Assembly (NCBI RefSeq): GCF_902713615.1
Contig: NC_052163.1
Coordinates: 42,456,878-42,520,877, forward strand
Origin: Scyliorhinus canicula
Taxonomy: Eukaryota
Direction of reading: 5' to 3'
DNA: 64,000 nucleotides
The notes beneath the pieces were generated by a model. It saw nothing but the letters and a program-made list of their open reading frames with translations. It did not search any database and was not told where the DNA came from. Numbering within the stretch: the stretch's first letter is position 1; each line of letters begins with the position of its first letter. The position numbers and the translations under genes were made by a program. Of the stretch, positions 12,085 through 23,486 are shown piece after piece.

Positions 12085-12845
12085 CAAAGAACAATGAACA
12101 ATACAACGTAGGAACTGGCCCTGTGGCCGCCCTCCAAGCCTACGCCGATCATGTGTCCTATCTATACCCCATCTGTTCATGTGCTTATCCAGATATGTCT
12201 TAAAGGTCGCTAATGTATCTGCCTCAACCATCTCACTTGGCAGTGCATTCCAGGCTACCACCACCCTCTGTTTAGAAAAACTGCCCCCGCACATCTCCAC
12301 TGAACCTTTCCCCCCCTCACCTTGAACTTGTGCCCCCTTGTAATTGTCATTTCTGCCCTGGGAAAAAGCCTCCAACTGTTCACCCTATCTATACCTCTCA
12401 GAATTTTATAAAGTTCTATCAGATCGCCCCTCGGGTCTCTCTAGGGAGAACAATCCCAGTTTATTCAATCTCTCCTCATAGCTAACACCTTCCATTGATC
12501 CTGGTAAATCTTTTCTGTACTCTCTCCAAAGCCTCCACACACTTCAGGTAGTGCGATGACCAGAATTGGACACAGTATTCCAAATGTGGCCTAACCAACG
12601 TTCTATATAATTGTAACATAATTTTCAAGCTTTTATACTCGATACCCCGTCCTATGAAGGCAAGCATGCCATATGCTTTCTTTACCAGCATTTCCACCTG
12701 TGCTGCCACTTTTAAGGACCTGTGGACTGGCACGCCCAGATCTCACTGTGTCTCTATGTTCCTGATGGTTCTGCCATTTATTTTATAGTTCCCACCTGAA
12801 TTGGATCTACCAAAATGCATCACCTCGCATTTGTCTGAGTTGGCA
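12085..12845 (-). mobile_element. CR1 LINE 3' fragment with internal deletions
   Basis: KCEVMHFGRSN, LYRTLVRPHLEYCVQFWS, FKTYLDKHM, then 3' UTR tail. Confidence 0.85.
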
Positions 12846-12889
12846 GTGCATTCCAGGCTACCACCATTGTGGCATTCAGCTTGTATCAT

Positions 12890-13150
12890 TAACACTGCGA
12901 TGACGTGTCTGTGAAAATCCTCTAGCTGCCACGCTACGGCGCCTGTTCCGGTACTCTGAGGAATGTCCAATTCGCCTCACAAACACGTCTTTCTGGACTT
13001 TTGTAGAAGGAAACTGGAGCACCCGGAGGAAATCCATGCAGACTCGGGGAGAGGGTGCAGACTCCGCACAGACAATGACCCAAGCCAGGAACCGAACCCG
13101 GGTCCCTGGTTCTGTGAAGCAACAGTGCTAACCACCGTGCTACCGTGCGG
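12890..13150 (-). mobile_element. tRNA-headed SINE, variant body/tail (Rex-like tail subfamily)
   Basis: HE1 head plus GAATTGGACATTC...GAACAGGCGCC...GGATTTTCACAG body. Confidence 0.75.
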
Positions 13151-13242
13151 CACCCTCCCAGAGAGAGGGCAGCCAATCCTCCCAGCCACTGCCCGGCGAG
13201 CTCCGCCAAACAACAAAAATAACCGTTACCCATTATGATAAT

Positions 13243-13400
13243 ATGAAAGCAAATTACTGCAGATGCTGGAATTTGAAACAAACAGAGAAAATATTGGACA
13301 ATTTCAGCAGGTCTGACAGCTTCTCTGGAGAGAGAAGCGAGCTAACTTTTCGTGTCTGGATGACCCTGCCAAAACTGGAGAGAATTGGAAATTTGGTCAG
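13243..13400 (-). mobile_element. Penelope pLTR end fragment
   Basis: AAATTACTGCAGATGCTGGAA...CAGCAGGTCTGACAGC, same family as 47245-47340 and 54320-54450. Confidence 0.6.
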
Positions 13401-13769
13401 ATTTATACCATAGTATGGAGTGGTTAGTGTGGAGCATGGTTACTCAATCCTAACAAGGATAAAACCAAAATCCTTTGATCCAAAATGCTTGTGCTGTTGG
13501 GGGGGGGGGGGGGGGTGAGGTCACTGTTACGTTTGTGTACCATGATAATAAAAGAATCAGTGTACAACAAAACATCTAGTTCAAGACTAGTTATTTAATG
13601 TTGAATAAACTGTGAGTAAACTAAATTATTGCGAACCAAACTGTGGATCTTTTAACCATGTTACGAACGGATTCTGTAACAATGATCAAGACTGGCTCTG
13701 TCCAGTGTTCTGTTCCTCTTCCATGACACCTGGTGGTCGGAGGCCATATTCACTTGTTATAAACACTTC

Positions 13770-13994
13770 TTTTTTTAAAAATTTAGAGTACCCAATTCAT
13801 TTCTTCCAATTAAAGGGCAATTTAGTGTGGCCAATCCACCTACCCTGCACATCTTTGGGTTGTGGGGGCGAAACCCATGCAAACATGGGGAGAATGTGCA
13901 AACTCCACACGGGCAGTGACCCAGGGCCGGGATCAAACCTGGGACCTCGACGCCGTAAGGTAGCAGTGCTAACCACTGCGCCACTGTGCTGCCC
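13770..13994 (-). mobile_element. HE1-type SINE, short poly(A)-tailed subfamily
   Basis: Head plus ...AATTGGGTACTCTAAATTTTT(A)n tail. Confidence 0.9.
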
Positions 13995-14099
13995 TTTAAA
14001 CACTGTTCTATACACTGTTACTGATTATCATTACATCCCCTTTCCTTGAGATTTTTAAAACATACTACACATCATTTCTGTAAACAATACACATGATAT

Positions 14100-14848
14100 G
14101 GGCAACATGGTAGCACAGTGGCTAGCATTGTGGCTTCACAGCACCACGGTCCCAGGTTTGATTCCTCGCTGGGTCACTGTCTGCGCGGAGTCTGCACGTT
14201 CTCCCCGTGTTTGCATGTGTTTCTTCCAGGTGCTCCGGTTTCCTCCCACAGTCCAAAGACATGCAGGTTAGGTGGATTGACCATGCTAAATTGCCCTTAG
14301 TGCCCAAAAAGGTTAGAAGGGGTTATTGGGTTACGAGAATAGGGTGGAAGTGAGGGCTTAAGTGGGTCGGTGCAGACTCGATGGGCCAAATGGCCTCCTT
14401 CTGTACTGTATCTATGTAAGGAGCTGTTTAGCACAGGGCTAAATCGCTGGCTTTGAAAGCAGACCAAGGCAGGCCAGCAGCACAGTTCAATTCCCGTAAC
14501 AGCCTCCCTGAACAGGCGCCGGAATGTGGCGACTAGGGGCTTTTCACAGTAACTTCATTTGAAGCCTACTTGTGACAATAAGTGATTTTCATTTTCAAGT
14601 TCTATATATATATATATATATATTTTAACAAATTTAGAGTACCCAATTCTTTTTTTTTCCAATTAAGGGGCAATTTAACGTGACTAATTCACCTACCCTG
14701 CACATTTTTGGGTTGTGGGGGTGAGGTCCATGCAGGCACGGGGAAAATGTGCAAACTCCACACGGACAGTGACCCAGGGCCGGGATCGAACCTGGGTTCT
14801 CGTCGCCGTGAAGCAGGAGTACTAACCACTGCACCACCGTGCTGCCCG
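14100..14848. mobile_element. Cluster of three SINEs (14100-14420 +, 14420-14597 + with different head and Rex-like tail, 14600-14848 -)
   Basis: Three separate heads and tails; (TA)n at the junction. Confidence 0.82.
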
Positions 14849-15084
14849 GACAAACATATGATATGAGTAACAATGTACTTAACACAATTCACAAATTTTA
14901 TTGTCCAATCACTGATTCAGCTGCTCTGGTTTTTTTATCTTCCTTGTCAATCTTCTCAACCTTGGTATTCTTGGTGGAGCGGTGCTACTACTTTGAACAT
15001 CTGCCGGTGTATCTGATAAGATTGTGTCACTATTTTGTACATCGTTCTGTATATTCAAGTCTGTCTCTTCCAATATTTGTGTTG

Positions 15085-16900
15085 GTAACGGGACTGCCGT
15101 TTAAACAAGCCCAACACAAATTCCGCTACCTGGGGATCCAAATAGTCCATGACTAGAAAGGGATCCACAAATGGAACCTCACCAATCTGACAGAGGAAGT
15201 AAAAAAGGACTTGCAAAGATGGAACACACTCCCACTCTCCCTTGCGGGGAGAGTCCAGACGATCAAAATGAACGTGCTGCCCAGGTACCTCTTCCTATTC
15301 AGATCCATCCCGATCTATATCCCCAAGGCCTTTTTCAAAGCATTAGACAAACTAATCATGGCGTTCGTATGGGGGTGTGGGTGGGGGGACGAATGCTAGG
15401 ATCCCAAAGGTCTTACAAAAAACAAAATCAAGGGGAGTGCTAGCCCTCCCAAACCTACAATTCTACCACTGGGTGGCGACGGCCGGGCGAATAAGGGGAT
15501 GGATCAAGGAGCCAAAAGCCGAGTGGGTGCGCACGGAAGAGGCTTCCTGCATGGGGACCTCCCTCCAGGTCCTTGCCACGGCGGCACTCCCATCCCCACC
15601 CAAAAAACAGCCTGGTGGTGATAGTCACCCTCCGGTCCTGGAACCAACTACGGCAGCAATTTGGCCTGACCAAAATGTCGGACAAAGCTCCCATCTGCAA
15701 CAACCATAGGTTCACACCAGCGCTGACTGATACCACCTTCATATGGTGGGGGCAGGACAGGGGGGGCACTGATAGTCAGGGACCTGTACACCAACGGCAG
15801 GGTCGCAACACTGGACGAACTGACATAGAAATTCCAGCTAGCCAAGGGGAACGAGCTAAGATACCTGCAACTCAAAAACTTCCAAAGAAAGGAGACAAGG
15901 ACTTACCCACAACCGCCATGACAGACATTACTGGAAGAGTTACTGGACGTAAGCATATTAGAGAAAGGAAACTATAGCGACATGCATGACCGCTGGAGGA
16001 CTGGAGAATAGCCAAATTTGTTCCTTTGTTTAAGAAGGGTAGCAAGCATAATCCAGGGAACTACAGGCCGGTGAGCCTTACGTCAGTGGTAGGGAAATTA
16101 CTGGAGAGAATTCTTCGAGACAGGATCTACTCCCATTTGGAAGCAAATGGATGTATTAGCGAGAGGCAGCATGGTTTTGTGAAGGGGAGGTCGTGTCTCA
16201 CTAACTTGATAGGGTTTTTCGAAGAGGTCACAAAGATGATTGATGCAGATAGGGCAGTGGATGTTGTCTATATGGACTTCACTAAGGCCTTTGACAAGGT
16301 CCCACATGGTAGACTGGTACAAAAGGTGGAGTCACACGGGATCAGGGGTGAGCTTGCAAGGTGGATACAGAACTGGCTAGGTCATAGAAGGAAGAGAGTA
16401 GCAATGAAAAGGTGCTTTTCTAATTAGAGGGCTGTGACTAGTGGTGTTCTGCAGGGATCAGTGCTGGGACCTTTACTGTTTGTAGTATATATAAATACTA
16501 CAATCTAAGAGAAAGGAAAGGCGAACAATGGGGGGTGGGGGGGGTGGGGAGGAGGGATGAGACAGGGAATATAGAGGAGAGCCAGGGAGGTGGGGGCAGA
16601 GGGGAGGCAAGGAAACGTGAACTAACTTGACATCCACAGGAACAGAGAAAAAGGAGAATACAGGCGGAAGACGAGAGGGCCGGCTTAAGCGGTCGTGTGC
16701 ACGAGAAGACAACGGCGGCAAAATCCGTCCAGGAGAAGCAAGTGGCAACACAGGCACCAGACCCATTCGAGGATTGCCCTCCGGAATTGTCTCTCCGGCA
16801 CAAACAGATGCCTACTTAAATATATATGTCATATCCTGTGGACATAACGGCAAATACACTTTTGTTCAATAATCCAATAAAAAAACATTTATTAAAAAAA
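15085..16900 (+). mobile_element. 5'-truncated L1-clade LINE 3' part with A-rich tail
   Basis: FRYLGIQI, LSLAGRVQTIKMNVLPRYLFLF, LALPNLQFYHW; G-rich 3' UTR, AATAAA and A tail ending at 16900. Confidence 0.85.
15993..16497 (+). mobile_element. Internal CR1 RT fragment embedded in the L1
   Basis: NYRPVSLTSVVGKLLE...QHGFVKGRSCLTNL...DFTKAFDKVPH...QGSVLGPLLF. Confidence 0.9.
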
Positions 16901-17032
16901 TGTTATGTTCATGTACTATGATGATAAATGAATCAGTATACAACAGAACATCTAGTTCAAGGATAGTCATTTAACATTGGGTAAACTAAACAATTCTATA
17001 CAGCTTTTGTAACTCTGATTCAGACTGGCTCA

Positions 17033-17623
17033 AGGACGGCACGGTAGCAGTGGCTAGCACAGTTGCTTCACAGCTCCAGGATCTCAGATTCGATTCCCGG
17101 CTTGGGTCACTGTCTGTGTGGAGTCTTCACGTTCTCCCCATGTCTGCGTGGGTTTCCTCCAGTTCCTCCGGTTTCCTCCCAATCCAAAGATGTGCAAGTT
17201 AGGTGGATTGGCCTTGCTAAATTGCCCTTAGTGTCCAAAAAGGTTAGATGGGGTTACTGTGTTACGGGGATAGGGTGGAGGTGTGGGCTGAGATATGGTG
17301 ATCTTTCCATGAGCCTATGCAGACTCGATGGACCGAATGGCCTTCTTCTGCACTGTAAAATCTATGATCTATTACTGGTTCCAGTAGCCTGTTCCTCTTG
17401 CATTTAAAAAATAATAATTTAGAGTACCCAATCCATTTCTTCCAATTAAGGGGCAATTTAGCGTGGCCAATCCACCTACCCTGCACATCTTTGGGTTGTG
17501 GGGACGAAATCCACACAAACATGGGGAAAATGTGCAAACTGCACACGGACAGTGACCTAGAGCTGGAATCGAACCTGGGACCTCAGCGCTGTGAGGCAGC
17601 AGGGCTAACCACTGTGCCGCCTG
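17033..17623. mobile_element. Two HE1-type SINEs inside the LTR (17033-17370 +, 17404-17623 -)
   Basis: The second copy is flanked by the TSD CTGTTCCTCTTGCAT. Confidence 0.88.
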
Positions 17624-17704
17624 CTGTTCCTCTTGCATGACAAGTGGTCGATGCCATATACACTTGTTATGTACATTTCTATGCAGTTACTGCATATCAT
17701 TACA

Positions 17705-18420
17705 GTCAGGTAGGGTGCGTCAGGTGGAGGTCAGCACGAGGAGGGGGGAGGAGGGGTCAGGCGAGCGAGGGGGCAGGGTTCGGGTCAGGTGGTCAGCGAA
17801 GGGCGGCGCTTGGATCACGTGCTGAGCGAGGGGGGCAAGTGCTCGGATCACGTGCTCAGCGGGGCGGGGTACGGGTCACCTGGGTCGCGGGCGGGGCTAC
17901 CGGCCGCCCGTGTGGGCCACGAGGGGCGTGCTCGGGAATCACGTGCTGGGAGCGGCGCTCGGTCATTGGGCAGTTGGTGTGATTGACGGGCGCCGCCCTC
18001 TGGAAGTTTCCGTGTGTGGCGGCGCCCGGTTCATGGCCCAGCGGCGAGTGTAGCGTGGTCCGGCTGGGTGTGAGCTGGGCCCGGAGAGGAGCGAATCCGG
18101 AAGAGTTTGTCTTTGAACGTTTCCTCAGCTGGAGCTGAGTGACCGGGATTAACACTTTGTCCATTAGCCTTCCTGAGATTCACCATTTAAAATATTGACT
18201 CGGTAGGTGCAGCGCGCCTGCTGTGGGTGAGCCTCACCGCCCCAACAACCACCTGCATTTGTGTCGCGCCTGTAACATCCCAGGGAGCTTCGCAGAGATG
18301 TTAACAAACCAAAGGAGTTGTCAGTAGGAGAGAGCGACCGAGAGTTTGGGTTGAAAGGAGGGCGGCCTGGGGAGCAGGAGAGGCCGAAGGGAGGGCCGCA
18401 AGTTGTTGGGCAAGAGCAGG
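17705..18420 (+). promoter_or_regulatory. CpG island, probable MFSD6L promoter
   Basis: High GC and CpG; CACGTG at 17816, 17849 and 17940; GC boxes; reverse CCAAT (ATTGG ~17966); CCGGAAG ETS-like site ~18097; several GGTCA half-sites. Confidence 0.8.
18000..18202 (+). other. MFSD6L: Putative non-coding first exon of MFSD6L (TSS approximate)
   Basis: Donor CG|gtaggt at 18202/18203 (alternative GG|gtgagc ~18226) pairs with acceptor ttgtttttcag| at 21074, 43 nt upstream of the ATG. Confidence 0.5.
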
Positions 18421-18774
18421 AAGGAGAGTTTTGGCGCAAGTTACAAATATGGGCAGGGATGAAACAGGATGAGCCAGCACAAACAGTGAGAAGGACGATG
18501 CAGGGAGGGAAATGGGCCGGAAAGTTCTGGCTGAGCTTGAGGCTTGGATCAACCAGGGAAACATTGGATTAGTTTAGGCTGCAGAAGTATACATGATTTC
18601 AGCGACATGGCTGGGGGTGGCTGATGCTGTTGACGTGGAGAGGAATACACTAGCGTTGGAAACTCAATTGAAAGTGCAGGATAGATGTTGGGGTCATGCA
18701 TTGAGTTAAAACGATGTGTTCAACATTGTTAAAAGATGTCTGTTGGTTGAGAGGGCAGCATGCAGCACATGCAC

Positions 18775-19400
18775 AATAAAAGCAAAATGCTGGAAATATG
18801 TTGGGACAAAAAATGTTTTGGATTTTAAAAAGGCATCAGGATGGAGGATAAGGGCTGCAGTCTAAAACTGTTGAACTCACTGCTGAGCCCAGAAGGCTGT
18901 AACATGTCTCATTGGAAGTGTGCGTTGGGCTTCACTGGAGCATGACCGCAGGCTAAAAACAGACATAATAATAATCTTAATTGTTGCAAGTAGGCTTACA
19001 TTTACACTGCAATGAAGTTAATTTGACAAGCTCCTAATGACCACATTTTGGCACCTGTTCAGGTACATAGAGTGGGAATTCAGAATGTCCAAATTATCTA
19101 ACAGCACGTCTTGTGGTAAGAAACCGGATGCCAGGAGGGAACCCACGCAGACACAGGGAGAACATGCAGAGTCTACACAGACAGTGACCCCAGCTGGGAA
19201 TCAAACCTGGCATCCTGGAGCTGTGAAGCAACAGTGATGCCCACTGAGTTAAAATGACGAGCAACTGGAGGAAGCTTGGAGTCATGCTTGCGGACTGAGC
19301 AGAGGTGTTCCACAAAATGGTCACCCAGTCTGCGTTTAGGCTCCAAGACCGCACTGGGAGCAGTGAACACAAGGTCAATTGAAGGAGGCGCAAGTGAAAT
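18775..19400 (-). mobile_element. Decayed Penelope fragment interrupted by a SINE (18965-19240)
   Basis: - strand reads KRRLGDHFVEHLCSVRKHDSKLPPVARHFNS (GIY-YIG C-terminal part), with pLTR-like sequence at the left. Confidence 0.65.
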
Positions 19401-19440
19401 GTTTGGGAATAGAGGTAGTTAAATAAAATGTATTAGTGGG

Positions 19441-20860
19441 TGTTAGAAAATCATTTTTGGTCATTTGGATTTGTTGGGTATAAGCTGCAGTTTTAAGTTT
19501 AAGCTTAATTTATTTTCTGCAGTTTGTTAAGGAAACTCTATTTTTAGTTTCACTTTAAAAGATGCCTGTATTTCAATTTGGTTTTATGGCCCTTTAGGTA
19601 GGGAAAATCTATGCTGTTGCCTGCAATCGGGCCCACAGAGACAGCAAAAAGCAGTTCAGTTCAGACGGAAGCAGAAATTTACAGATATTGCTGGACAGGC
19701 AGGACAAATGCAAAGGAACAGAAAGATGTCCCAAAACCAGGAAGAGGGACAGAAGGAAGTACCAAGGGGACCTTCTCGTCCAAGGGAAAGAACAGGAATC
19801 TGGAAAAAGATTCTGTTAACTGAAGTTAAGAGTGAGGAGCAGAGACTCCACGTTAAAAGACAGCTGCACAGTACAAACTTTGAATAATATGAGCTTGTGA
19901 AAAGCCAGAAGATCTGAGGAGACTGCCTTACTATGGCCCTATGAAGCAGTGGCGTTCTGTTGGCATGACTGGGTATCTGAGAGATTGTGTGTAAGGCAAA
20001 GCTTGAATGCATGTGGTGCTCCAGGGGAGATGAACATAGGAAGAGGAGGTTGAAACCTTAGAGGTGGATCCTTGGTAAAGGCATCCAAGAGAGAGTGTCA
20101 TTTGGGAGACGATTCGAAGACATGTTCTTTTGAGAGTGAAGGTTAGAAATCCTTATGTGAAAGAGAGTTCCAGTAAGACTAGTTGGCTCAGTATGACGAG
20201 CCTCTGGGGAGTCAATGAGAAATCCGTGGAAGTTGTTTTAGGTGGCATCTGGCATTTGGTTTCAGTAATGGTGTATCTGACCACAGGAATGTGTGCTTTT
20301 GAGCATGAGAGTTTTTGTAACTTAAGTTACCCATACAAATCTGTATATATGTGAACATATAGTGAAGTATGTGTATTATAGGTAACCTTGTTCAATAAGT
20401 ATTTTATTTTTTTGTTAAAGGTTCATCAGCAGTCTCTGACTCTGTTCAGTAGAGGCAAGTTGCAACAAATGAAATAAGTTAAGATTTCTCAAGCGAGGTT
20501 CCACTTTGGGGATCTGGCTTAGAATCCCTACAGTGCAGAAGGAGGCCATTCAGTCCATCAAATCTGCGCTGGCGCTTCAAAAGCACACCCTACCTAGGCC
20601 CAATCCCCGTTTGAGCCCTGTATTCCCACCCAACCTTTGAATGCTAAGGAGCAATGTAGCACGGACAATCCACCTAATATGCACATGGGAGGAAATCAGA
20701 GCACCCGGAGGAAACCCACACACACCGGGAGAAAGTGCAAACTCCACACAGGCAGTCACCCGAGGTCGGAATTGAATCCGGACCCCTCGCGCTTGAGGTA
20801 GCACTAACCACTGCATCCATGCTGGCTTGTCCAGTAGTAACATCAGCTAGGATCATAACA
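19441..20860 (+). mobile_element. Probable solo LTR with a SINE insertion (20520-20823) in MFSD6L intron 1
   Basis: Bounded by TGTTA...TAACA, degenerate poly(A) signal near 20395, non-coding; no clear TSD. Confidence 0.45.
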
Positions 20861-21117
20861 GTGATAACCATCTATTCTCACTTGGCAATGGAAGCGGCGG
20901 GGTGGAAGGTTTAAGGATTATGGCTGCTGGTTGTTGATCCTCTCCATGATGACCCAAATATAGTGTGCCAAGAAGACTTTAACATCTTTGTAAGAGAGGT
21001 TTTTCACACTTTCAGATTCACTCTTCAAACAGACTTTGTATTAAATTTAATGAAGGTTTCCGGTTGTTTTTCAGATTGCTAACTGGGAATGTTTGCAAGA
21101 ACGTGAACCCGAACATC

Positions 21118-23031
21118 ATGAAGAGAAATAAACAATGGAATGTCAGCAAAGCACTGGCTCTTGCCAGTCTCTATCATTTTCTTCACTGTGCAGCAACAGC
21201 CTGTGTAATTCCATTTCTTACCATATACTTCAGACAGCTTGGATTAACTGCACCATTTGTAGGCATTGTCATGGGGGCAAAGTATTTTATTTTGCTGCTT
21301 TGTACTCCCTTTTGGTCTTACTGTGCTGGGCGCTATAACAAAAGAAGAATTCTTGTTCTTGGTTCCCTGTTGTCGTCAATAGGAGCAGGCCTTTTGCTCA
21401 CACTCATTCCACCTGTAGATAAGGAAGCGGAATACAAATTCTGTAATGGGAGTATGTATGCAAAAAACAGCTGGAATCAAAATATAAGACCAGAAGACAA
21501 AGACCACGTTGGCGATTTTAAGATTAATAAAATCGCACATACCATTTTTCCAACAATAGTGAATGGTGTTTTAACAAGCCACCCTGGTTCAACACTCCGT
21601 ACTGAAATGAAAGAAAACCCCCAGTTGCTAACCACTGCTGAGCCTTCTGTAGCGAGCGATTTAACCGAATCTCCAGACAAGACTGAGCTGACTGTTATTA
21701 CCAATTCCAAAATCTCAACTTTGGAAAATGCAGATATTGCACGAAATGACCATAATTCAAAACGGAACACATTTCTGCCAATTGAAGACTCTGACCAGGC
21801 AAGAATTCTGGGAAAAGCTGGCGAGCATCTGCCAGTTGAGAAAAACAACAGTTCAGAAGTTTATCACAGTACAGCAAACAGTCACATTGTGAAAAGGAAT
21901 ATTGCTTTGAAGACTGGCTCTGAGGATGGAAAAGAAAAGCAACGTATCAATACTGAGCCTAATCACAGTTTCAAAATTCTGGATAACCAGCACGAGACAT
22001 TTGTGCTTATTTTGCTGGTTATATCTTTGTGGGAAGCTTTAGCGTCCGCTCTGGATTGGGTTGCAGATGATGGGCTCTATGACTACCTGGACTTTGTTGA
22101 CTCTGTGGATCGCTATGGCAAACAGTGGATTTGGGGTCACTTGGGCAGAGCTGGAGCAGTTTTTAGTATTGGCATCCTTGTGGACAGACTGAATTGTTTC
22201 CTTAATGGACATACTTCTAGAATTGCTGTACACTTTTATAGCTATGCCATGCTGATTACAGTAACACTTCTTGTTGGTGTGTTCTACCCAATTCATACAG
22301 CCAAGAAAAATGACATGGTCAACCATACTGTCAAAGCATTGCACCTATTGGTAAGTGATGGACGGGCTATCTTGTATGTAATCACAGTTTTCATCACTGG
22401 AGCCATTGGATCTACAATAAATAACTTCCTCTTCTGGCAAATGCAGAACAAAGGGAGCAGTGAGGCCTTTATGGGCACTGCATTAGCAATTGGCTTTGCA
22501 GCCGAAGTTCTACTTTTTCTTTTCAAGGACAGAGTGTTAAGGATCCTTTCACTCTCTGGAACAGTAGTCTTTGGACTCATTTGCCTTGCAGCTCAGCTGC
22601 TCTACTATTCATTCCTCTGGTCCGCTTGGGCAGTGTTGCCTATTCAAGTCTTGAATTCTTTTAGCAATGGTGCCTTGTGGTGGGCTGTTTGGAGCCAATG
22701 TAATGATCTAGCTACCCCTGGTATTGAAAGAACACTCCATAAAATCTACCATGGGTTATCCTTTGGTCTAGGTGCAAGTTTTGGCAGTTTTTGCAGTGGC
22801 TTCATTGTGAATAGTTTTGGCATAGAAAGGCTTTACCAAGCATGCTCTGCTATCGCTGTGCTTTGGGCAATGGTGTTCCTCATTGCACAATCTAAAATTC
22901 CTCGGCAAAAGAGGTTAAACTACTCACGACTGTTAGCAGCTGATACCAGTGATATGAGTGACTCTGATGATGAGCAAGATAAAGATTGGCTTATTACAGC
23001 TTTGAAAAATGAAGATTTTTTACAGAAATAG
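21118..23031 (+). CDS. MFSD6L: Major facilitator superfamily domain-containing 6-like, 637 aa, single coding exon
   Basis: Starts MKRNKQWNVSKALALASLYHFLHCAATACVIPFLTIYFRQLGLTAPFVG, like human MSANPRWDISRAL...ACVTPFLTLYLRQLGLAAPWVG. Multiple TM helices, large S/T-rich loop, GLYDYLDFVDSVDRYG motif, C-terminal NYSRLL...DWL. The first ATG (atcATG) follows a splice acceptor; the ORF-track start at 21064 is a non-ATG codon upstream of that acceptor. Confidence 0.95.
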   Translation: MKRNKQWNVSKALALASLYHFLHCAATACVIPFLTIYFRQLGLTAPFVGIVMGAKYFILLLCTPFWSYCAGRYNKRRILVLGSLLSSIGAGLLLTLIPPVDKEAEYKFCNGSMYAKNSWNQNIRPEDKDHVGDFKINKIAHTIFPTIVNGVLTSHPGSTLRTEMKENPQLLTTAEPSVASDLTESPDKTELTVITNSKISTLENADIARNDHNSKRNTFLPIEDSDQARILGKAGEHLPVEKNNSSEVYHSTANSHIVKRNIALKTGSEDGKEKQRINTEPNHSFKILDNQHETFVLILLVISLWEALASALDWVADDGLYDYLDFVDSVDRYGKQWIWGHLGRAGAVFSIGILVDRLNCFLNGHTSRIAVHFYSYAMLITVTLLVGVFYPIHTAKKNDMVNHTVKALHLLVSDGRAILYVITVFITGAIGSTINNFLFWQMQNKGSSEAFMGTALAIGFAAEVLLFLFKDRVLRILSLSGTVVFGLICLAAQLLYYSFLWSAWAVLPIQVLNSFSNGALWWAVWSQCNDLATPGIERTLHKIYHGLSFGLGASFGSFCSGFIVNSFGIERLYQACSAIAVLWAMVFLIAQSKIPRQKRLNYSRLLAADTSDMSDSDDEQDKDWLITALKNEDFLQK

Positions 23032-23486
23032 CTAGTTAACTGAAATGTGTCTCAAGGGTGTACTCTGTTGAATATATAAGACATCCTGATAGCACACATG
23101 CTCTGGTTGTTGCTTTAAAATTCAAGCCAAAGTATATAGTGAACATTTTGGAAGAGACGTTTTCAGATGACGGTTCAATAATCCGTGTAGGATTAAATGA
23201 CCTGTGCTGTTAAATACTGTATACCAACTCTACTTCAGTGTGTTTTTCTTTGAGGCAGGCTCTTTTAGCTCTATAATTGTAGGATTGACTTTTAAGGCAA
23301 ATTATGGAAATTTGACAATTTTTGAATAAAACAGAATATTTGTTTTCAAATGGAAATGCTCCTTCAGAGTTAGGCCATAACTATAATGACTGGATATCAT
23401 TGCTTATGTGGTGTTTCCAGTTAATCTAATGGAAAGCTGTTTTATGATGTACGTCTAGACCTACTTATTAAAGTACAATGAATTAG

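Larger units (their letters stand above)
13525..17704 (-). mobile_element. Old, internally deleted Gypsy LTR element (LTRs 13525-14035 and 16901-17704, each interrupted by SINEs)
   Basis: Two diverged direct repeats TGTTA...CATTACA, flanks GTCAC/GTCAG (TSD-like), PPT (GGAAAAGGGGA on -) next to 14035, and an integrase-like tail LRRLTRKIKKPEQLNQ* near 14910-14960. Confidence 0.72.

Noticed and set aside
17856-18164. 102-aa - strand ORF in the CpG island as MYCBPAP exon 1
   Set aside because: No resemblance to MYCBPAP; a better exon with matching phase and X-boxes exists at 6051-6111; GC-rich DNA yields chance ORFs.
21064-21117. 18 extra N-terminal codons of the 655-aa ORF
   Set aside because: Starts at a non-ATG codon and spans a splice acceptor (21074); homology begins at ATG 21118.
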